Shown: in pieces, positions 46,033-55,400 of the stretch
How positions within the stretch are numbered: the stretch's first letter is position 1
Layout of the letters: the number at the start of each line of letters is the position of its first letter
DNA from: a virus
Lineage: Duplodnaviria > Caudoviricetes
Reading direction: 5' to 3' (one strand)
IMG/VR virus record: IMGVR_UViG_3300044998_000776
Location: 1 to 55,828 of that record
Length of the DNA: 55,828 nt
The notes under the pieces: generated by a model
The model's input: the letters and a program-made list of their open reading frames with translations, nothing else
Told to the model about the DNA's origin: nothing
The model's database searches: none
Made by a program: the position numbers and the translations under genes

Positions 46033-47193
46033 TCAGGGATGACTCTTGAACCCAGGAATCAGATGCTTCTTCATTCCAAGGCCATAGACATCCTCTCCTC
46101 GAGCCAACCTCTCTTTGATGAGAGCCTTCTCGGCGAGCATCTTTCTCTGGCTTTCCTTCCACGACTCCACTCTCGCTTTCGTCACCTTGGGATCCCAGAT
46201 CCGCCTCATCTCGTTGGTCTTGACGAGCAGATCGCGCGCCGTCATGTCATTGATGACACCCGTCGCCATACACAGGGAAAGCATGAAGATGACGACTTCC
46301 TCCGGAAAGTTGTGACCCACGGCTCCCAAAGTGTTGATGATGTGAACGGCGTAGTTTTGCTGGGTAAAGATGATCTTCTCCCCGCCCGAGCGCACATTCT
46401 GCCAGCCGTAGGCCTTTCTTCGAGAGGGCTCAGGATCGAAAGGCAGCGCCTCCATCGTACGAGCCATGTCGGCCATGATCCGATCGTGCGTGATGCCCGT
46501 ATGAGCGATGCGCTCGTAACCGTACTTCTGGATGTACTTCTGGATGCGATAGAAGCTGAGCGGAGAGTCCCAGACGAGCACGTTGAGTGTATTGCTGCGC
46601 TCGTTCTGCAGCCATCCGCGCGCTCGAAGAGTCCTCATCTTGCCGTTTTCCCGAAAGAATCCGATCATCGAGTTGAGGATATCAAAACGAGCCAGTGTGG
46701 TGGGCAGATCGCCGAAGGCGCACTTGATGAGCTGGAAAGGCAGAGTCTTGCCCTTCTGATCGATCTCGCCTGCCGTCACGTTGACAGCGAAGATGCCACG
46801 ACGATCGTCGTTGATCGTCTCTTTTCGATTTTGAGCGTCAGTTTGCAGGCTCAGCTGGACTCGACCCCCGCGATCCAGCAGGTCCCTGAAGGCTGTCTGA
46901 TACGCTGCGTCATTTGGGAAGAAGAGATCGCAATCACCAAACTGCCTATAGGCGTTGGCATCGACTTCGTCGTAACCGCCCATGTGATCGATGGTCTCCG
47001 TCACGTAACGAGGACATCCACCTGCCACGAAGCCGCCCGCATCGAGCGCGCACTCCACGATCTTTCTTTCGACCGGTCTCAGGCTTTCGAGGAATCGATC
47101 GGCGCAGCCGTCGTCGACTGTTTCGAATTCGATGGGCTTGATGGGACGAGAATCGATGAAAGTCTGCAGGTTATTTTCGGAGTTCGTGGTCAT
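46033..47193 (-). CDS. nucleotidyltransferase (CCA/poly(A) polymerase head-like)
   Basis: GFVAGGCPR..GDCDLFF..FQLI..LARFDI; likely start MTTNSE. Confidence 0.65.
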   Translation of the reverse strand: MTTNSENNLQTFIDSRPIKPIEFETVDDGCADRFLESLRPVERKIVECALDAGGFVAGGCPRYVTETIDHMGGYDEVDANAYRQFGDCDLFFPNDAAYQTAFRDLLDRGGRVQLSLQTDAQNRKETINDDRRGIFAVNVTAGEIDQKGKTLPFQLIKCAFGDLPTTLARFDILNSMIGFFRENGKMRTLRARGWLQNERSNTLNVLVWDSPLSFYRIQKYIQKYGYERIAHTGITHDRIMADMARTMEALPFDPEPSRRKAYGWQNVRSGGEKIIFTQQNYAVHIINTLGAVGHNFPEEVVIFMLSLCMATGVINDMTARDLLVKTNEMRRIWDPKVTKARVESWKESQRKMLAEKALIKERLARGEDVYGLGMKKHLIPGFKSHP

Positions 47194-47482
47194 TCTGAAC
47201 CTCTGGACAAGAGACGGGTTCCGACTCGTCGTCGGACCATCTTGCTTCGGCGTAAAGGAAAAAGGAGAACATTCGATTGAGATGATCAGCGTCCCAGGCG
47301 GCTCCAGTGAGGAGCCAAAACTTGCCATCGACGCGAAAGATGAGCTTACGATAATCGATCTTGATACCTTTGCGCTCTTCCCAGCCTTCCTCCCGGTCGA
47401 CGATCTCGTAGCCGTCGGGCGGAGTGAGCGAAAAGATTTCCCAGGCTGTGCGTCGATCGAGGGCGAGAAAATTGAGATGCAT
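47171..47482 (-). CDS. hypothetical protein
   Basis: TAATG coupling to the upstream gene. Confidence 0.6.
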   Translation of the reverse strand: MHLNFLALDRRTAWEIFSLTPPDGYEIVDREEGWEERKGIKIDYRKLIFRVDGKFWLLTGAAWDADHLNRMFSFFLYAEARWSDDESEPVSCPEVQNDHELRK

Positions 47483-47949
47483 TATCGTTTGAGGGCCTTG
47501 ACGAATTTGACTTCACGATCGGCACGAAGCAGAGCCGACAACTTGAAAGGCTTGATAGCCTGACCGTCTTTGGCCCGCTTGTGTGCTTTTTGCAATTCAG
47601 GACCCAAGAATAAGAAGATAGCTTTGAGTCTCGGCTTGTTAGCCTCGATCTGGCTTTGTTCGACTCGGGTCCCTGCGTTGAAAGCTCCGATGCGCTCCAC
47701 ATCGGACAACAGCGCCGCGTAGCGTGCCAAGATGTCCTTGTCCTTGGAACGATCATTGGCGATCTCCGGATTTTTAAGATCATTGACGATGCTGCCCACC
47801 GCCGGTATCTTAGAGACACGATCTTCGAAAGCCTTGTCCCATTCTTCGTCTCGCTCGCTTGCAGTCAAAGCTTTTCCGTCGATCTGACGAAGATCTTCGT
47901 CGGACGTCGCAGCTAATTTGTCTTTAGCGATGGGAGCTATGAATGCCAT
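47482..47949 (-). CDS. hypothetical protein
   Basis: TAATG coupling, 155 aa. Confidence 0.65.
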   Translation of the reverse strand: MAFIAPIAKDKLAATSDEDLRQIDGKALTASERDEEWDKAFEDRVSKIPAVGSIVNDLKNPEIANDRSKDKDILARYAALLSDVERIGAFNAGTRVEQSQIEANKPRLKAIFLFLGPELQKAHKRAKDGQAIKPFKLSALLRADREVKFVKALKR

Positions 47950-48134
47950 TACCTGATCTTACTAAATGATTCGGGATCTCTCAACTGTTCATTGAATATT
48001 CTGATACCGTTTTTTTCGATCGTCCAAAGCACGATGTATTGATCGGATTCGGGCAAATAGAGGAGCACGATCCCGTAGCAATATGTGCGGGATAATACTA
48101 GATCTCCGACGAGAGCCTTAGCGACAGACACCAT
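47949..48134 (-). CDS. small SH3/KOW-like hypothetical protein
   Basis: ALVGDLVLS..YGIVL..YIVLW. Confidence 0.5.
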   Translation of the reverse strand: MVSVAKALVGDLVLSRTYCYGIVLLYLPESDQYIVLWTIEKNGIRIFNEQLRDPESFSKIR

Positions 48135-48351
48135 CCCACTTTCTCGATTCTCCGCAACCCAAGTAGGACATGTTGGTCGCAAAGACGCCTTGAGCCCTGG
48201 GCCAATTGTGATCGATCTCCCACGATTTGTTGGCGGCGGCGCAAGCGATCTGCCGAGCCTCGTTGAGGCGACACACGTCCTGAGCTTCGGACGGTCGACC
48301 ATTCATGAGAATCAGGATCGAAACAAATGTGATGCTAGCTAATCTTTTCAT
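48118..48351 (-). CDS. small secreted Cys-containing protein
   Basis: MKRLASITFVSILIL signal-like start, four Cys. Confidence 0.5.
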   Translation of the reverse strand: MKRLASITFVSILILMNGRPSEAQDVCRLNEARQIACAAANKSWEIDHNWPRAQGVFATNMSYLGCGESRKWDGVCR

Positions 48352-48580
48352 CGTACTTGAGCGGCAGATATCCGGCGGGATCATCCATGTCGTCTTTGAG
48401 CAATTCAGGATACCGCAAGAAAGCGGGACTCAGCATTCTGTATTCTGGGTTAGCAAAATAGAGCGTCCCAAAATAGGCGCCCGGATACTTCGGATCGGAC
48501 CAAGATCTGACGATCGTGATCACACCCCATTCACCAGAATGCCTATTGAATATTAGATCTCCGATGTTAAAGGGATTCAT
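48335..48580 (-). CDS. small SH3/KOW-like hypothetical protein
   Basis: MNPFNIGDLIF..WGVIT. Confidence 0.55.
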   Translation of the reverse strand: MNPFNIGDLIFNRHSGEWGVITIVRSWSDPKYPGAYFGTLYFANPEYRMLSPAFLRYPELLKDDMDDPAGYLPLKYDEKIS

Positions 48581-48839
48581 TTGGTGCCCACTGATTTCCA
48601 TGTCGAACAAATTTAGTTCGGGCGGCGCGGCTCTTGCACTCCATATGAGCAGTCTCAGATTCGATTCTTTTCCATGCCTTTTCCGAAGCAGGACAGTAAT
48701 TGTAAGTAATTGCCTTGTCGCAGCTGGGACATCGACGTGAAAAGGGACGTTTCTTATAAGAGCGATGATTCGTCATTTCAACGCCATTATCGATTATCTG
48801 ATAAGCGTGTTGATAAGTCAAACGTTTCTTAAACGACAT
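48567..48839 (-). CDS. small Cys-containing hypothetical protein, start uncertain
   Basis: CPSC...HMEC. Confidence 0.4.
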   Translation of the reverse strand: MSFKKRLTYQHAYQIIDNGVEMTNHRSYKKRPFSRRCPSCDKAITYNYCPASEKAWKRIESETAHMECKSRAARTKFVRHGNQWAPNESL

Positions 48840-49187
48840 TGAACTCGCAAGTGTTCAACTTTTTCTAAAATCGATTCATTACTTTCGTGAATCAATTCAG
48901 AAAGTTCGTAACTGATTTTGAGTTCATTTTGATGAACTTCGCTTAAGCGACGCCGAATGAAACTTCGTTTCATCGTTGAACGATTTAAAACACTCAGCAG
49001 CTGCCAGCAAATTATATTCATTACACGCCGGCATAATAAGACTTCGAAAGTTTCCAATATCAAGTAGAGCAAACATGGCGATCGCAGGAAACACGTGTTC
49101 TTCGCACGTTGCATTCTCGCCACAATAAGCACATTTCAACCCAATGATACGATCGTACAGGTGTTGAACAGCTTGTCGATAATCCAT
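48818..49187 (-). pseudogene. HNH endonuclease-like gene, frameshifted
   Basis: CAYCG..EEHVFP..MPACNEYN; the frame shifts near SFND into KRSFIRRRL. Confidence 0.55.
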
Positions 49188-49217
49188 TCGATTTTGTCAC
49201 AACTCAAACCCTCTAAA

Positions 49218-49433
49218 TCATTTAGAAGGCAAGATGGGTTGATCCTTGGCTTGCTTGTCCAGAATATTCTGGGCCCAGATCTGGGGGCTCTGGACGAACT
49301 CCTGGTACTCGGTCCAACTCATTTGGAGATACTGGTGCAGCGATTTGCCCGTTTCCGGGCCATTGTGCCAGGTCTTGATCCAGTCGTCCATCGTGTCCAA
49401 CAGGCTCTTGACTTGCTCGGGATTCGCTTTCAT
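49218..49433 (-). CDS. hypothetical protein
   Basis: WH..SLHQYLQMSWTEY; ATGA coupling. Confidence 0.65.
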   Translation of the reverse strand: MKANPEQVKSLLDTMDDWIKTWHNGPETGKSLHQYLQMSWTEYQEFVQSPQIWAQNILDKQAKDQPILPSK

Positions 49434-49627
49434 CTTCTTTCATCCGCTTTCTCCGAAGCGCCTGAGGGTACGATGGACCAGCATCTTTGCTCGCCGGCGG
49501 CGTCGGCCTGACACTTGCGACGAAAGATCACCTTCGTCGCTTCGACTTCTGTTTTTGATTCTTCGATGACTCGAGGTTCTTGGTATGTACCTGACACGCA
49601 GGTCCACTCCTTGACGAAGTAACCCAT
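49430..49627 (-). CDS. hypothetical protein
   Basis: AGGTGAG SD, 65 aa. Confidence 0.5.
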   Translation of the reverse strand: MGYFVKEWTCVSGTYQEPRVIEESKTEVEATKVIFRRKCQADAAGEQRCWSIVPSGASEKADERR

Positions 49628-49645
49628 AGCTCACCTATCGTCGGC

Positions 49646-49813
49646 CTAGCGGTCGTCGTCTTCCTCGTCGTTGCTTAGAGAATTGCGCATCTCTTCGATG
49701 GCCATGGCAAACTGAAAGAGCGCGACGGCTGCTCCCAGCACTGAGACGGTCTTGGGTGAAAAAAGCTTCTTGGCTGCTCGCCCCAGCGAATCCTTGACGT
49801 CTTGAAACTTCAT
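49646..49813 (-). CDS. small membrane protein, absent from the ORF track
   Basis: AAGGAG SD; MKFQDVKDSLGRAAKKLFSPKTVSVLGAAVALFQFAMAIEEM..., 55 aa. Confidence 0.6.
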   Translation of the reverse strand: MKFQDVKDSLGRAAKKLFSPKTVSVLGAAVALFQFAMAIEEMRNSLSNDEEDDDR

Positions 49814-49867
49814 GTGTCGGCTCCTTGGTCGGACCTTAGTATCTATCTAACACTTGACGGGAGGTGA

Positions 49868-50284
49868 TTACACGGCAATGATTTCGCCGTATGCTGTCTT
49901 ATAATTGCCATCCAAGACGAAATGAACATATCCTGGTTGGACCACATATTCTATGTGCTCGACGAGCACACGATATCCGCCGACTAGTCTCCAATTTTCT
50001 CCGATGCGTACTCGTGTATGACCCAAAAAGACGCCGGCGCTTTTGTTAGGCAAGTTGATTTTGAGGCTATCTCCGTTGCGATCAGGCATCGGGCTACCGT
50101 CGGCTCGTAACTGTTTTTTATCGTTGCCTGAAAAAGTCAAGTACTCGGCAAACTGAATCGCCGGTACCTCGCCGCGATTATAAGCCCACGAATCGTTGAT
50201 CAAAACGACGAGCTCTCCAGGTTGTCTAACGCGGCGGAGGCGGGCTTTCTTTTCTTTGCCACGATTGCGTCTTCGACTTCTCAT
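49868..50284 (-). CDS. hypothetical protein with a basic N-terminus
   Basis: QPGELVVL..GVFLG; ATGA coupling. Confidence 0.6.
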   Translation of the reverse strand: MRSRRRNRGKEKKARLRRVRQPGELVVLINDSWAYNRGEVPAIQFAEYLTFSGNDKKQLRADGSPMPDRNGDSLKINLPNKSAGVFLGHTRVRIGENWRLVGGYRVLVEHIEYVVQPGYVHFVLDGNYKTAYGEIIAV

Positions 50285-50502
50285 CTTCTTCTTTGGACGA
50301 GCATCGCTTCGGGTTCGAAGGTCCGCAACGTCTTCATCGGGCTTTTTTTATCGATCGAATCGATATAGTAGACGGACCAAAAACGTTCGGGCCCGGGAGG
50401 AGGACCGTCGATATCATGTTCCTTAACCTTGAAGACAAAGTAATACTGGCCGCTCAGAGCTATGAGATCCCCTTTTCGGACATCTTCCCACTTGAGCAGC
50501 AT
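50281..50502 (-). CDS. small SH3/KOW-like hypothetical protein
   Basis: AGGAG SD; DVRKGDLIAL. Confidence 0.6.
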   Translation of the reverse strand: MLLKWEDVRKGDLIALSGQYYFVFKVKEHDIDGPPPGPERFWSVYYIDSIDKKSPMKTLRTFEPEAMLVQRRR

Positions 50503-50560
50503 CGCATTACTTCTCCTGGGACCCGGGTCCTTTCTCTTCGGCAGAAGAGGGAGCCGTCTC

Positions 50561-50761
50561 CTAGTGCAGCAATTTACGAAACTCGACCTCGTCGTTCCAG
50601 GCTTCGATAGTCCAGCCGCACTGTTTGAGAACTTCGCAAAAGATGCGATTCTGTTGGTCGCTTTTCCACGGGTTTTCCTTCACCTCGAGCGCTTCGGCGA
50701 TGGCCCACCAGGCCGAGGCCAAATCCTCGTAGGAGGGCGTAAATGCGTCTTCCATGTTCAT
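50561..50761 (-). CDS. hypothetical protein
   Basis: GAAGG SD, 66 aa. Confidence 0.55.
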   Translation of the reverse strand: MNMEDAFTPSYEDLASAWWAIAEALEVKENPWKSDQQNRIFCEVLKQCGWTIEAWNDEVEFRKLLH

Positions 50762-50800
50762 AAGAATTACCTTCGAAGCAGATCGTGAGCACGATCTTCT

Positions 50801-51175
50801 TCATTTCATTTCTCTTTCGGGGTTGGATTGGACCTTTTCTAGTTCACTTGAGCGCACGTATCCTGGTTTTCCTTCCGCTGTCATGACGATCGTCAACCTT
50901 CCGTTGGGAGAATCGATCAGATCGAGGACGATGACTCCTTCATACGCATCGAGATATTTTCCTTGGCCTCTGCAGACCGGTCTCTCTCGATTGCATGACC
51001 AGCAACAACGAATACCGCTATCTCGACCCGAGTACGCGTTCTTCCACTTTTCCCTGGGAATGGGCTTGACCAGGTCTCCGATGTTATATCCAAATTTGAC
51101 GGCGAGCGCTTCAAGCTTGATAGGGTCGCTTACGATTCGATTTCGAAGTATCTTACTGTTATATTTCCTCATCAA
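50801..51175 (-). CDS. SH3/KOW-like protein with a Cys-rich insert
   Basis: YNIGDLVKP, CCWSC, GVIVL. Confidence 0.6.
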   Translation of the reverse strand: MMRKYNSKILRNRIVSDPIKLEALAVKFGYNIGDLVKPIPREKWKNAYSGRDSGIRCCWSCNRERPVCRGQGKYLDAYEGVIVLDLIDSPNGRLTIVMTAEGKPGYVRSSELEKVQSNPEREMK

Positions 51176-51195
51176 ATGTCCTATAATGTAAGTAA

Positions 51196-51579
51196 ATGGA
51201 CCCGAGAAGAGACGTAGCGGCCTGGCGACCGGGCCAAAGTTTTTTGATCGTCTATAACGAACATGTTACCAATTGCGCTCCAGCCTTTTGGGACGGGCTG
51301 CCCCTGCCCTATCCTCTCGAATTCAACCCATCAACGGGTGGTCTCAGAGGACTCGACTACTTTCCCGATGAAAGTTACATCATGTGTATCGGTGATGATG
51401 TTAGGCCCTGGATGAATTCACCTACCTTCGTTGGTATCAATTGTCTCTATAAGGATAGAATTATTTGGTTTTTGATCGATACTAACCAGGCGAGGAACGT
51501 GACAAAGACACCATTCGGGTTCGAATTGGTTCCTATCGACGTGCCTTTCGTTTCTTTGCGCTCGAGAAGTTCTGAGTAA
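51196..51579 (+). CDS. hypothetical protein, divergent
   Basis: TATAAT upstream, 127 aa. Confidence 0.5.
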   Translation: MDPRRDVAAWRPGQSFLIVYNEHVTNCAPAFWDGLPLPYPLEFNPSTGGLRGLDYFPDESYIMCIGDDVRPWMNSPTFVGINCLYKDRIIWFLIDTNQARNVTKTPFGFELVPIDVPFVSLRSRSSE

Positions 51580-52018
51580 ACCAGTATTTGATAGTCGCAT
51601 CGACGTCGTCGGCTTCTTCGGGTATCGAACCCAATTGGACCCAGCCGGGAAAGCCATCGGGCGGAATGACTTCGACCAAGACGATGTTGCCATGTTTTGA
51701 GATGAGAACCTGACCGGTCAAAAAGAAGGGTTCGTTGCACTGGATCAATCGATTTTGGTCGATTCGAGTCGAACCATCATCGTTCAAGATTCGAACCTGC
51801 ATGTTGGGGAGCACGGGCACTTCTCCGAAGACTTCTCCGAAGACGCTGATGTCTCCGAAACCATATTTTTCTCCCGTCAGGTCGCTCGTCTTCCGCATCA
51901 TATACGTGCCCGGTTCTACCTTTTTTCTGTTGACGAAAGGGTTAGACGCTTCTCTTGCTGTCCAATAATCGGGCCTCCTCACCGCCCTGCCTTTCGAGAC
52001 CGGTCTTCTGTTTTTCAT
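51533..52018 (-). CDS. hypothetical protein
   Basis: Start MKNRRP overlaps the Thg1 stop; in-frame 12-bp duplication (VFGE twice) at 51819-51842. Confidence 0.6.
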   Translation of the reverse strand: MKNRRPVSKGRAVRRPDYWTAREASNPFVNRKKVEPGTYMMRKTSDLTGEKYGFGDISVFGEVFGEVPVLPNMQVRILNDDGSTRIDQNRLIQCNEPFFLTGQVLISKHGNIVLVEVIPPDGFPGWVQLGSIPEEADDVDATIKYWFTQNFSSAKKRKARR

Positions 52019-52782
52019 AGTTGTTCCTTCTTGAGATGCTGGGAAACGAAAGACCTGTCTTGCACGAAGCATGGGATGTCCCAGACAGGAATCCAACGAG
52101 CGCGCTCGGCGACGGCGCTCTTGATTTGTTTGCTGCGCTTGTCAATATATTCGACGTTTTCTTGGAAAGATTGTTTGATGACGCATCGACCTCGGGTCGA
52201 CCCGGGTTCCTCGTTTTCCCAAGGTCGCCCCGCCTCTCTCACCATGATCTTCATAGTGTCGCACGATTTCCCTAGCAGCTGCTTGTGAGAGAAGATCGAA
52301 CGTGCTAGCATTTGCACGGAATTACGAGTAGCGTCCGACTGCCTCCAAATGAGGTAATTGACGATCTCATCCTTAGGGAGGACAAAGACACGAGAATCGA
52401 ACTGAGCGACTCTCATCTTGCCGAAGATTTTCGGAGATTCCAGCGTCATACGGGTCGAGGCGATGGCCGCCGAGATGGAACACATCTTTTGGACATTGCC
52501 GTCGAACCAGATATTAGCTCCGTTGCCCGAGGAGACGATGACAGAGACCTCATCCGACTGCACGTAAGCCAGGAGCGCTCCTTGAATGTTTTCACACAGC
52601 TCCCGCGCCACCTCATTCATCGATGACTGCAGCATCTCGTCGAAGGGCTCTTTGGCTCCCCGAGTGTAAGTGTGAAAAGCTCGACCGTCGACTCGAATGA
52701 CGATAAAATCGCCCTCGTTCTCGATCTTCAGGTAGCCACGATAGGCTCCCTCGTACTGCTTCATCCTGTCGGAGAGATCCAT
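52015..52782 (-). CDS. thg1: tRNA(His) guanylyltransferase / Thg1-like protein
   Basis: DRMKQYE, RVDGRAFHTYT, YVQSDEVS, FDSR, YLIWRQSDATRNS. Confidence 0.93.
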   Translation of the reverse strand: MDLSDRMKQYEGAYRGYLKIENEGDFIVIRVDGRAFHTYTRGAKEPFDEMLQSSMNEVARELCENIQGALLAYVQSDEVSVIVSSGNGANIWFDGNVQKMCSISAAIASTRMTLESPKIFGKMRVAQFDSRVFVLPKDEIVNYLIWRQSDATRNSVQMLARSIFSHKQLLGKSCDTMKIMVREAGRPWENEEPGSTRGRCVIKQSFQENVEYIDKRSKQIKSAVAERARWIPVWDIPCFVQDRSFVSQHLKKEQL

Positions 52783-52788
52783 GTTTCC

Positions 52789-53689
52789 TCACACGTCGTA
52801 TTCGTTCATCAATCGCTTGCCCAGCGAAAGCAAAAAGTCGGGTCCGTATTTGAGGTTGCCCGTCGCCTCGAGCGCCTGTTCAAAAAATCGGGTAGAATTT
52901 CGTTTTGATATCGAGTCGAGGCGATGCCCCAGGCGACAGCGGCGACCGAATCGGCGTCACCACGCCACTCGATCGTCTGCCGCAAGATGTCCATCAAGGA
53001 TGGTTGTTCGATGAGCAGGGTCGTAACGGCATGCGCTGTATTGATACCGATACCGTGGCCGCGTGGATCGCTATGCTGCAGGCCCACTCCGCCCTTCCAG
53101 GGTTCGCTCAGAAAATTCATATCGGGCAAATAATGGGGCAAGACCCGACTCGTAAAGAGCAAAATGGGACATGAGTCCGACGGCCTGCGCCGATCGGATT
53201 CCGCCCCAAGTATCGTGCGTTACTTTAGCCTGCGTCTCGCAAACTCTAAGGACTTCCTCGGGAGTGAAAAGCGCTCCGATGGGAACCGCCCGCATGCGCG
53301 CTCCATTCTTGTTGGAGTCGGGCACGAGATTAAGCTTGAGCTCGTCGACAGTCTTAGACTTCTCGAGGATCTCCTGAAACTTACGAGAATAACCATCTCG
53401 CGGATCTCTCTTGAAAGCTTCGAAAAAGCGCCAGGCGAACATATCGGTCGTTAGGTAGTTCTCCCAGTAGCAGCCCGCCGCGTCCCTCAACAGCGCTTCG
53501 GTGACAGCGATCGACATCTGCGTGTCGTCAGCGTACATACCGGGATTGAGCCTGTGATGCGTGGGATGCTTATGAAACTTTTCGAATTTGAGAACTTCTT
53601 CGAACAGTTCGGGATGCTCTGTGCGCTTGCAGTATTCGACGGCCATGGCATAAGCGTCGCAGAAGGAACTTATCGTTAAGATGCTTCAT
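52789..53689 (-). pseudogene. ADP-ribosylglycohydrolase, disrupted
   Basis: DAYAM, YADDTQMS, SNKNGARMRAVP, AKVTHD, GDADSVAA spread over three frame changes. Confidence 0.8.
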
Positions 53690-53850
53690 TCTTCGTCCTC
53701 CTGAAAGAAGGGATCCGTGATCCATTCGAGCTCTTCGATCTGATCTCTAAGAGCAGATTTTACCTCTTTGAGTCGATTTTCTATGTCTTCGATTTCGAAG
53801 ATCCTCATCGAGAGGATGTCGATTGTCTTGCGCGCTTCTTTGGGAGTCAT
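53686..53850 (-). CDS. small coiled-coil protein, absent from the ORF track
   Basis: MTPKEARKTIDIL...FFQEDEE, 54 aa, ATGA overlaps at both ends. Confidence 0.55.
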   Translation of the reverse strand: MTPKEARKTIDILSMRIFEIEDIENRLKEVKSALRDQIEELEWITDPFFQEDEE

Positions 53851-54200
53851 CCCCATCTCCTATGATGTCTCCTGAACCTGTCGATGTTGTCGTCGAGGGC
53901 GTCATTCATTAGTTGAGCCGCCAGCTCGAAGAGATCCTTGTCGGATCTCGAAAATGTATTGAACGTGTTCTCCTGCGTCCTGCGTCCCAGATCATCCAAT
54001 CCGATGCGAGTCAGTTCTTCTCTCATCCAAATCGAGATCGTGACGGTATCTTTCGTCTGCTGATCGCAGACCCAATTGGGACCCCGGTCGACGGCATACG
54101 ATGAGAACAGCCTCTCAAAATCAGCGCTCACCTTTTCTCGTATGCCGTCGGCCGTGTACCGTTCCATATCAGCCCAGCTTGTGACGGATGTGAGCCGCAT
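53847..54200 (-). CDS. hypothetical protein, start uncertain
   Basis: 117-aa ORF coupled to the downstream gene. Confidence 0.5.
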   Translation of the reverse strand: MRLTSVTSWADMERYTADGIREKVSADFERLFSSYAVDRGPNWVCDQQTKDTVTISIWMREELTRIGLDDLGRRTQENTFNTFSRSDKDLFELAAQLMNDALDDNIDRFRRHHRRWG

Positions 54201-54576
54201 CCTCCTTGCCCTTTTCCGGAGGGGGTGCCTTGCCTTCGGGCGAAAGCTTTTCGAGCAACGTCTGCACCGTCTTCTCTTCGTCGCTCGCCGCGCTATAGCT
54301 GACGTAGACGTCGAGGCTGAATTGGACGCCGTCCTTGGTGAGAGCGGTCAGAGATTCCTTGACAGTGCGTTGTCCGCACTCCACCATGCGAATCTCGGGG
54401 TAGATGCCCGTATAGTACGTGCCCGGGCCCAGGATGGGTCCCTCGAAGCCTCGACTGCCGATCCAAAGAGCGGCGGTCTTATCGAACATGCGACCCTTGT
54501 GAGCCGGGGGAACGTCCTGACTGCTGCAACCGATGAGAGAGAGCGCCGCCAATGCGAGCGCGATCCGACGATACAT
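54169..54576 (-). pseudogene. SPFH/band-7 lipoprotein, apparently C-terminally truncated
   Basis: Lipobox LIGC, VPPAHKG, ILGPG.Y, LTALTKDGVQFSLDV.V.Y; ends at 135 aa without the helical half. Confidence 0.55.
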
Positions 54577-54635
54577 TTGTTCTGTTCCGTGTGAGTTAGA
54601 GTCCTATCCTGCAACCCCAACTGTAACACAGAGAG

Positions 54636-55400
54636 CTATGGCATTACAATGCGGCGGATCGCTTCCATTTCTGTTTCGAAATCCTTGTCAGCAATCGCAG
54701 CCTGGACATCTTCGGGCGTCCCGAGGCCCCACATACGTTTCGAAGAAATGTTAGAAATTGTCCCGTCAATGTAGTTGTAGGCTGGGCACAAATAGAATTC
54801 GTTATTGAATCTATCGTTGGCCGCGATCATCTTTTTGATGGCGTTGATAGCGACGCTTCGGTTGGCATAACCATAGACACCCACAGTCGCGTGATCGGAG
54901 ATGGGATTCTTTTCGGCCACGCGAGTGATGAGTCCCTTTTTGTTGACCTCGGCGAACGACCACTTGGGATTTCGACCAGGTTCTTCAAAAGTCAGGATCG
55001 AACCGGCGTGCTTATCGAGAGACTTGAGCATCTTCTGACCGTCGAAGAGAACCAATTGATCGCAATTGCAGATGACGATTTTCTCTCCTTGATCGGGCCC
55101 GTGATTCAGCCCCCAGAGGGCCGTCTCTGCGGCGCCGCCCGTCAGCTCGGCGAGCCGAATGGAACTAGCATTCTCGAGGTGAAAATCCGTTTGCCCAAAG
55201 AGGTGACCGAATTTCTCCTGAGTGATGATCGTAACAGAACAATCGACTCCAAGCTGGGATTTCATGTTGGCAATGACGAGATCCAACATCCGGACTCCCA
55301 TGACGGGAATGAAGGGTTTGGGTTCCTTATATCCCATTTGCTGGAATCTCTTGCCCTCACCCGCAGCGAGAACGATCAACCGACAATGTACTTCAACCAT
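54636..55400 (-). CDS. sugar-phosphate nucleotidyltransferase family protein
   Basis: LAAGEGKRF..YKEPKPFI, GAAET, NCDQ, KWSF, VAEKNPIS, NNEFY, GLGTPED. Confidence 0.85.
   Translation of the reverse strand: MVEVHCRLIVLAAGEGKRFQQMGYKEPKPFIPVMGVRMLDLVIANMKSQLGVDCSVTIITQEKFGHLFGQTDFHLENASSIRLAELTGGAAETALWGLNHGPDQGEKIVICNCDQLVLFDGQKMLKSLDKHAGSILTFEEPGRNPKWSFAEVNKKGLITRVAEKNPISDHATVGVYGYANRSVAINAIKKMIAANDRFNNEFYLCPAYNYIDGTISNISSKRMWGLGTPEDVQAAIADKDFETEMEAIRRIVMP

Noticed and set aside
46039-47280. 413-aa plus-strand ORF
   Set aside because: Antisense shadow of the nucleotidyltransferase gene.
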